NCBI GenBank assembly: GCA_018672055.1
Contig: JABHGM010000001.1
Span: 72,884-136,883 of the forward strand
Direction: 5' to 3'
DNA from: a bacterium
GTDB taxonomy: Bacteria > Patescibacteriota > Patescibacteriia > UBA1558 > UBA10009
Length of the DNA: 64,000 bases
The notes under the pieces are model-generated. The model made no database searches and was not told where the DNA came from. It saw nothing but the letters and a program-made list of their open reading frames with translations. Within the stretch, counting starts at the first letter, position 1. The number at the start of each line of letters is the position of its first letter. The translations under genes were made by a program, and so were the position numbers. This document shows positions 58,341 to 64,000 of this stretch, piece after piece.

Positions 58341-59333
58341 ATGAAAATACTTGGAATCGAAACATCATGCGATGAAACAGCTGCTTCTTTAATAGAAGTA
58401 GATGATAAAAAGATTAAGATAATAAATAATCTTGTTTTGTCACAGATTGATATACATAATAAATATGGCGGTATAGTACCAGAAGTAGCAGCCAGAAAAC
58501 ACGTTGAAGCTATAATACCCATAATAGAAGAGTCTATTGGTAATAATAAGATAGATTTAATTTCGGTTACTCAAGGTCCCGGACTTATCACCTCTCTTCA
58601 AGTAGGCCTACAAACAGCTAAAACCCTATCATACGCTAAACATATACCTTTGGTTGGTATTAATCACTTAGAAGCTCATTTATGGAGTTTTAAGCTAACT
58701 AATTATGTAGATATTAAACTACCTGCACTTGGTTTAATAGTATCAGGTGGTCATACAGAACTAATACTAATTAAAAAAATGGGTAAATATGAATTAATCG
58801 GTAGAACTAGAGATGATGCAGTTGGTGAAGCCTTTGATAAAGTAGCTAAGCTTTTAAATCTAGGTTTCCCTGGTGGGCCAATAATAAGCAAATTAGCTTT
58901 AAAAGGTAATTCAGATGAAATAGAATTACCAAGACCCATGATGCATTCAAAAGATTTTGATTTTAGTTTCTCTGGACTTAAAACATCTGTAAAGTATCTA
59001 ATAAAAGAAAATCCTAAAATTAATGTAAATAATTTATGTAGCTCTTTTGAACAAGCAGCAGTTGATGTCTTAACTCATAAAACATTTAAAGCTGCCTCTA
59101 AATACAAAGTTAAATCAATAATAATTGGTGGTGGTGTAAGTGCTAATAATAGATTAAGAGAAGAATTAAAAAATAAAGCTTTAAAATTTAAATACAACTT
59201 CTATTCTCCAGAAATAGAACATACCGGTGATAATGCAGCTATGGTAGCCTATGCAGGTTATATAAATAAAAAAGCAGCTAGCTTAAAATCATATAAAAAG
59301 CTGACTGCTCAATCAAATATGAAATTAGTTTAA
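58341..59333 (+). CDS. tsaD: tRNA N6-adenosine threonylcarbamoyltransferase
   Basis: ILGIETSCDET, HLEAH, VSGGHT, DDAVGEAFDK and DNAAM motifs. Confidence 0.96.
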   Translation: MKILGIETSCDETAASLIEVDDKKIKIINNLVLSQIDIHNKYGGIVPEVAARKHVEAIIPIIEESIGNNKIDLISVTQGPGLITSLQVGLQTAKTLSYAKHIPLVGINHLEAHLWSFKLTNYVDIKLPALGLIVSGGHTELILIKKMGKYELIGRTRDDAVGEAFDKVAKLLNLGFPGGPIISKLALKGNSDEIELPRPMMHSKDFDFSFSGLKTSVKYLIKENPKINVNNLCSSFEQAAVDVLTHKTFKAASKYKVKSIIIGGGVSANNRLREELKNKALKFKYNFYSPEIEHTGDNAAMVAYAGYINKKAASLKSYKKLTAQSNMKLV

Positions 59334-59460
59334 AACTCTATAATCAATTAAAACCTTGACAAAAACTCATACTTATGATACTCTATTTTGATGCTCGTTG
59401 ACATTAAATACATCAAAGTATTTTAAATTAAACTGAAACAAACCCCAAAGGAGGGACAAA

Positions 59461-61746
59461 ATGAATAATAATGAATCAATTGAAGCTACTGAAGCTATCA
59501 ATGAACTAAACAGGGAATTCAAGGATAAATCCAAAAAAGTGAGATCTCGCATTCAGAAAACTATGATAAGTTTTTACTATCCCGAATCTCAAGAAACACT
59601 CAAAGAATTAATTCTCTCTGCTCTAGTCTTGTGGCGCTTTGCCCTTAATACTCTTACTAACCACTCTTGGGAAATCCGCAGAAAATTTTTAAGTCAATTT
59701 ATTGATCATGAAAATTACGGCATACGGCTGGTAGCACAAATTGAATCGTTACCAACTTCAATCTGGAGAAAAATACTATGGAAGCAAAATATCGATTTTG
59801 TTACCTTTGAATCATTCTTAAGAAGAATAAGTTCTTTAAGTGCCGATGCAATAAATAATAATTATTCTGATTTAATGTCAGGAAAATTACCAAGCATTCT
59901 CAATAAAGTAGCTATCTCCTTTAAGAAAATCACTGTTGACAAGTTATTGAATGAACCGCTTAATCTAGATAAGAGATATATGAGTAAGAATTCAATGTCT
60001 TACAATTTACTCAGTCTAGATTTCGGATTCAATGCTTACCCCAAAGGACCTGATGATGATACTAAAGTATTAGAGATAAGTCCATTACGATTCATCTCCA
60101 AAAAGAAACATGTTGATGACTTCGTGGTTAACAAAGAAGACGGAAAATACTGGTGGCTATATCGAACAGCTCGCAGTAACTATGTCGTAAATTCAAAAAA
60201 AGAAGTTAAATTAAATACTCATATCTGCCCTGGCTTCTCGTATACATTAATCATCCATTCTCTATTCTGGATAGTATCACCTATTGCCTTTGTTATTTTC
60301 CTAATAATGTTTATGACTCAAGGCATGCTAGATTCAAATATTTGGATTATTGTTGGACTTATATCTTCTGGAATGATTACTCCTCTCTGGCTAATCAGCG
60401 CTGTATTAAAACCGATTATGATATTTATTAGCAAATACATGCCTAATTATGAAATCTCAAAAGAACAAAAAAAGAAGATAGGAGTAATAACTAACTGGGT
60501 ACTTATTGCTACCAGCAGTTTATCAGCACTCTGCCTTATATTTTTTAACTTTTACCATATAATAGATTTTATAACCACATGCTTCTATTATTTTGGAATG
60601 GTACCAGTTCTTGCAGTGCTTTTGCTTTTGACTGTTTATATTGGGTATAAGATATACTACTATAATACAACTTCTCATTATCATCCAGAACTGTCTGATT
60701 ACCCATTGATAATACAATTAATCATGGTAGCTATTGTAACACCATTCGTTATAAATTTCTTTACGATTTATAATACATGGCTATGGAGCATTGTTGTAAC
60801 TTGTTACACATATATTCTCCATATAATTACAATAGCATTGACAGTATTGCTCAATATCATAGCAATATTCGGTATAGCTTCATTGATATTCGTTCTGCCT
60901 ATTATCTTATCACTAATGCTTGTATTCTTTAGTCGACTTGATGAAGAAAAACAAATTAAACTAGCTCAGTTTGCTGAAAAAGCTTTCTTCTATTCTTACT
61001 TTGTTATACTCTTTATCGGTATCTGTTCGTTATCATACACTATTTATTTACGCAGTGGTCTAATAGGTAAAGACATGATTTATGTGATAAGCACATTACT
61101 AACTATTGGATTGTTCTCTTGGATAATGAAAATGGTAAGCTTCCGTATGAATCCAAGGATAAAAATGATCATACAAGATGCTAAAGATGCTGTCTATGTA
61201 AGTATGATTTCTAATTACGAAAGAATCAAGTACACTCCAAACTACAAAGACATATTAAAGAATGAATGGTTAATTTCAATGGATAGTAATAAAAGGTCTA
61301 AAGCAATAAACAAAATAATCTATGATTTCATACATATCTTCATAAAAAAAGATAATGCATTTAGCTGCTGTAACGCATCTATGCCATACATCAACGCTAA
61401 ATCATTAAATCTAATCTTAAAACACGCAGACGACCTTATATTTCTTATGAATGATAGATTACGTCATTATACTATTTCATATATAGTTATAGATGGTGAA
61501 GAGTTTGAAGAAGCAATGAAACGTGGCAAGGAAGATCTAAAAATTTATGATAAAACGATTTTAACATTAAAGAATATAGGTAAACTTGCAGCTGTCATCC
61601 CTAACCTTATTCTGTTATTCATCAAGGCTATCATATCTGGAATATTATGGATTTGGAATGCAATAAAAACTCTCTATCGGCTCTACGAATTATTCCAAGA
61701 GCGATGTCCGTACGTTGCAAAACCTAAAACTCTGTACATTAAATAA
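59461..61746 (+). CDS. Large orphan polytopic membrane protein
   Basis: Promoter TTGACA-17-TACTCT (59356), SD AAAGGAGG, about 9-10 TM segments, terminator at 61767-61797. Confidence 0.75.
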   Translation: MNNNESIEATEAINELNREFKDKSKKVRSRIQKTMISFYYPESQETLKELILSALVLWRFALNTLTNHSWEIRRKFLSQFIDHENYGIRLVAQIESLPTSIWRKILWKQNIDFVTFESFLRRISSLSADAINNNYSDLMSGKLPSILNKVAISFKKITVDKLLNEPLNLDKRYMSKNSMSYNLLSLDFGFNAYPKGPDDDTKVLEISPLRFISKKKHVDDFVVNKEDGKYWWLYRTARSNYVVNSKKEVKLNTHICPGFSYTLIIHSLFWIVSPIAFVIFLIMFMTQGMLDSNIWIIVGLISSGMITPLWLISAVLKPIMIFISKYMPNYEISKEQKKKIGVITNWVLIATSSLSALCLIFFNFYHIIDFITTCFYYFGMVPVLAVLLLLTVYIGYKIYYYNTTSHYHPELSDYPLIIQLIMVAIVTPFVINFFTIYNTWLWSIVVTCYTYILHIITIALTVLLNIIAIFGIASLIFVLPIILSLMLVFFSRLDEEKQIKLAQFAEKAFFYSYFVILFIGICSLSYTIYLRSGLIGKDMIYVISTLLTIGLFSWIMKMVSFRMNPRIKMIIQDAKDAVYVSMISNYERIKYTPNYKDILKNEWLISMDSNKRSKAINKIIYDFIHIFIKKDNAFSCCNASMPYINAKSLNLILKHADDLIFLMNDRLRHYTISYIVIDGEEFEEAMKRGKEDLKIYDKTILTLKNIGKLAAVIPNLILLFIKAIISGILWIWNAIKTLYRLYELFQERCPYVAKPKTLYIK

Positions 61747-61766
61747 TATACGAAAAGTATTAACAC

Positions 61767-61797
61767 AGGCTGAGAATTTATTCTCAGCCTTTTTTTA
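61767..61797. terminator. Terminator
   Basis: AGGCTGAGAAT-TT-ATTCTCAGCCT followed by a T-tract. Confidence 0.85.
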
Positions 61798-61825
61798 ATT
61801 CTGATTAATCGTTAATTTAAACTCA

Positions 61826-62194
61826 TCAATTTACATTAAAATACATAACTACTAAACCAGCAAAAAGTAAAATACCAAGTACTAACATTAAATAGAGTTT
61901 TAATTTTTGTTCTTTTGAATCAAGATCATTCCATCTAACACGATTAGCTTCCCATTTACTCTTGTTAGCAAGACCAACAACTAGAAATACTAAACCTATA
62001 ATAAATAAGCTACTTAACTCATATTCTCTTCTAAATAATGAAGGAAGACCTATTATAGTCCAGATTAAACCTATTATAAAAAAGTTATAATAATCAGGTG
62101 GTCTTTTATTCTTTTTTGATACGAATATTGCTACTATGCCAAATACTACAAGTAGTATAGCAACAGCAACTAAAATCCAAGGTATTTGACCCAT
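61826..62194 (-). CDS. Small 4-TM membrane protein
   Basis: Hydrophobic segments; DYY.FFIIG..W and GLANK.KW motifs. Confidence 0.7.
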   Translation of the reverse strand: MGQIPWILVAVAILLVVFGIVAIFVSKKNKRPPDYYNFFIIGLIWTIIGLPSLFRREYELSSLFIIGLVFLVVGLANKSKWEANRVRWNDLDSKEQKLKLYLMLVLGILLFAGLVVMYFNVN

Positions 62195-62206
62195 AAATTT
62201 AAATGA

Positions 62207-62425
62207 TTAGTTTATTAAATAAAAAGCAATAAAAGTATGGACTAGTACTGAAGTAAAGAATAACCACCATAACTGGCAATGTTTAAGATGTAACCACATA
62301 AACCACTTATATCTTGATAAGAATAAAGCTAACTTACCATTAGTTAAGCACCGACAACTAAGCAGGATTAGTAAAATGAAAAATATATTTAAAATACCAG
62401 CTATTATTAATATGTTACTAAGCAT
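62207..62425 (-). CDS. Small 2-TM protein with SCRC and two His
   Basis: LLSCRC...KHCQLWW...VLVH; coupled to the cupredoxin gene. Confidence 0.65.
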   Translation of the reverse strand: MLSNILIIAGILNIFFILLILLSCRCLTNGKLALFLSRYKWFMWLHLKHCQLWWLFFTSVLVHTFIAFYLIN

Positions 62426-62432
62426 AATATAT

Positions 62433-62876
62433 TTATTTAATAATTAGAGTTCCTGTCATATCTATGTGACCTGAACCGCAATAGATAGAACATGTAAAGC
62501 TAAAGGTGCCTACCTTATCTGCTTCAAATATTACTTCAACTTCTTCATTTACATTTAAATCTACATTTATATCAAAATCAGGAATAGCAATACCATGATC
62601 AACATCAATGCTAGTTATCTTCAATTTAACCATGTCTCCCTCATTTACAGTTATAACTGATGGTTCAAATTCCCATTTCTTAGCAATAAGTGAAAACTCT
62701 TTCATTTCAGAATTATCTGAATCATCATTCATTTCATCTTCATCTAAAGCTTCGATTTGATTATCTGAATCATGAGATTCAGCTGACATTGAGTCTTGAG
62801 AAGCTTTATTATCTAAGCAACCACTTAGTAAAATTACTAAAGGTAACATAAATAATGATAATATTATTTTATTCAT
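62433..62876 (-). CDS. Cupredoxin lipoprotein with CuA-type ligands
   Basis: Lipobox LSGC; DVDHG...CSIYCGSGHIDM. Confidence 0.88.
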   Translation of the reverse strand: MNKIILSLFMLPLVILLSGCLDNKASQDSMSAESHDSDNQIEALDEDEMNDDSDNSEMKEFSLIAKKWEFEPSVITVNEGDMVKLKITSIDVDHGIAIPDFDINVDLNVNEEVEVIFEADKVGTFSFTCSIYCGSGHIDMTGTLIIK

Positions 62877-62938
62877 ATAATATATTGTTAATAATCTATA
62901 TTAACATTTTACCTAATATAGGTTAATATGTAAATAAT

Positions 62939-63361
62939 ATGTCAGATATAATAACTAATTCACAAGAAGAGACTATTAACTTAGCTAAAGAATATATTAC
63001 TACCTTAAAAGGTAATGTTTTAGGCTTAATTGGTGATCTAGGTACTGGTAAGACTGTCTTTACTCAAGGCTTAGCTAAAGAGCTAGGAGTTAAAGAAATA
63101 GTTAATTCCCCTACCTTTGTCTTAATGAAAGTATATGATACAAATCATAAAGTAATTAAAAAGTTAGTTCATGTTGATGCCTATAGATTAACTAACGCTC
63201 AAGAATTAATTGATATTGGTTTAACAGAATATTTAAATAAAAAAGATACTTTAGTAGTTATTGAATGGGCAGATAAAGTAAAAGATTTTTTACCAAAAGA
63301 AACAATTATGATAAATTTTAAAGAAGGTAATAATATTAATCAAAGAATAATAAATATATGA
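62939..63361 (+). CDS. tsaE: tRNA threonylcarbamoyladenosine biosynthesis ATPase
   Basis: GDLGTGKT, SPTF, HVDAYRL and IEWAD motifs. Confidence 0.95.
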   Translation: MSDIITNSQEETINLAKEYITTLKGNVLGLIGDLGTGKTVFTQGLAKELGVKEIVNSPTFVLMKVYDTNHKVIKKLVHVDAYRLTNAQELIDIGLTEYLNKKDTLVVIEWADKVKDFLPKETIMINFKEGNNINQRIINI

Positions 63362-64000
63362 AATATAAAGAAAGAGCAGAATTAACAGATAATAAGGTAG
63401 CCAAAACATTATTTGAATTAATGGATCAAAAAGAAACCAATCTATGCGTTGCTGCTGATCTTACTGATTTTAGTGAATTAATAGAATTGATAAATAAAAT
63501 AGGTAATGAGATTTGTATTTTAAAAACACATATTGATATTATTGAAAATTTACCAGATGACTTTGCTAAACAATTACTTGAGCTTAAAGAAAAGTATAAC
63601 TTTTTAATATTTGAAGATAGAAAATTTGCAGATATTGGTAATACAGTTAAAATGCAATATCAAAAAGGCATGTATCATATTGTTGAATGGGCAGATATTA
63701 CTAATTGTCACTCAGTTCCAGGCCCAGGTATTATAGAAGGATTAAAAGAAGTAGCAGATGGTAAAGAAAGAGGCTTATTACTCTTAGCTCAAATGAGTAG
63801 CCAAGATAACTTAGCTCAAGGTAAATACACAGAGAAAACTATAGAAATGGCTAAAAAATATGATGACTTTGTAATAGGTTTTATTGGTATGAAAAAACTA
63901 GTTGAAGATAATAAGTTTATTACCATGACACCAGGTGTTAAATTAGTTGAAGGTACTGATAATTTAAAACAACAATATAATACACCAGAAAAAGTAATAA
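63358..64000 (+). CDS. pyrF: OMP decarboxylase, eukaryote (URA3/UMPS)-like; partial at the window edge
   Basis: Manual translation: MKYKERAELTDNKVAK...NLCVAAD...LKTHIDI...FEDRKFADIGNTVKMQY...WADITNCHSVPGPG...RGLLLLAQMSS...FVIGFI...MTPGV. Confidence 0.93.
   Translation, partial: MKYKERAELTDNKVAKTLFELMDQKETNLCVAADLTDFSELIELINKIGNEICILKTHIDIIENLPDDFAKQLLELKEKYNFLIFEDRKFADIGNTVKMQYQKGMYHIVEWADITNCHSVPGPGIIEGLKEVADGKERGLLLLAQMSSQDNLAQGKYTEKTIEMAKKYDDFVIGFIGMKKLVEDNKFITMTPGVKLVEGTDNLKQQYNTPEKVI

Noticed and set aside
3155-60717. Short overlapping ORFs in the track (e.g. 3155+, 4139+, 7913+, 12770+, 14201+, 27176+, 28856+, 39921+, 46096+, 58751-)
   Set aside because: They are antisense or alternate-frame shadows of well-supported genes and have no motifs or independent expression signals.
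1-64000. Alternative genetic code 25 (TGA=Gly) as in Gracilibacteria/SR1
   Set aside because: TGA ends many genes at their expected C-termini through ATGA overlaps, and long genes are intact in code 11.

Overview
Very AT-rich bacterial chromosome segment in standard code 11, since TGA serves as a stop in many ATGA overlaps. Gene content and style are typical of a Patescibacteria/CPR (Parcubacteria-like) genome; this is inference. Housekeeping genes: rpsF-ssb-rpsR-efp, rsmA, tsaC/D/E, leuS, valS, ftsH, rpsA, rpmF-nusB-rnc, pilT, pilB/gspE, tRNA-Arg(TCG) and tRNA-Glu(TTC). Unusual elements: (1) a translationally coupled tandem array of at least 5 phosphohistidine-swivel proteins that lack an ATP-grasp domain, the last two fused in frame; (2) an AbiEi/AbiEii + AAA-DUF4143 block; (3) an operon with a 2801-aa Cys-rich surface protein and a VirB6/TrbL-like protein; (4) a valS T-box riboswitch with an apparent ultrashort Stem I, and a His-phosphatase domain inserted in ValRS; (5) a deaminase-argH-pyrD-pyrK-pyrE operon behind an unannotated leader-peptide attenuator, plus a eukaryote-type pyrF; (6) a promoter-driven rod-shaped ncRNA of about 150 nt; (7) an unannotated 34-aa, 11-Cys metallothionein-like gene; (8) a NusB-Nudix fusion; (9) six self-contained orphan gene cassettes with strong SD sequences in an otherwise SD-poor, short-leader genome. 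No CRISPR array, integrase, transposase or rRNA was seen.
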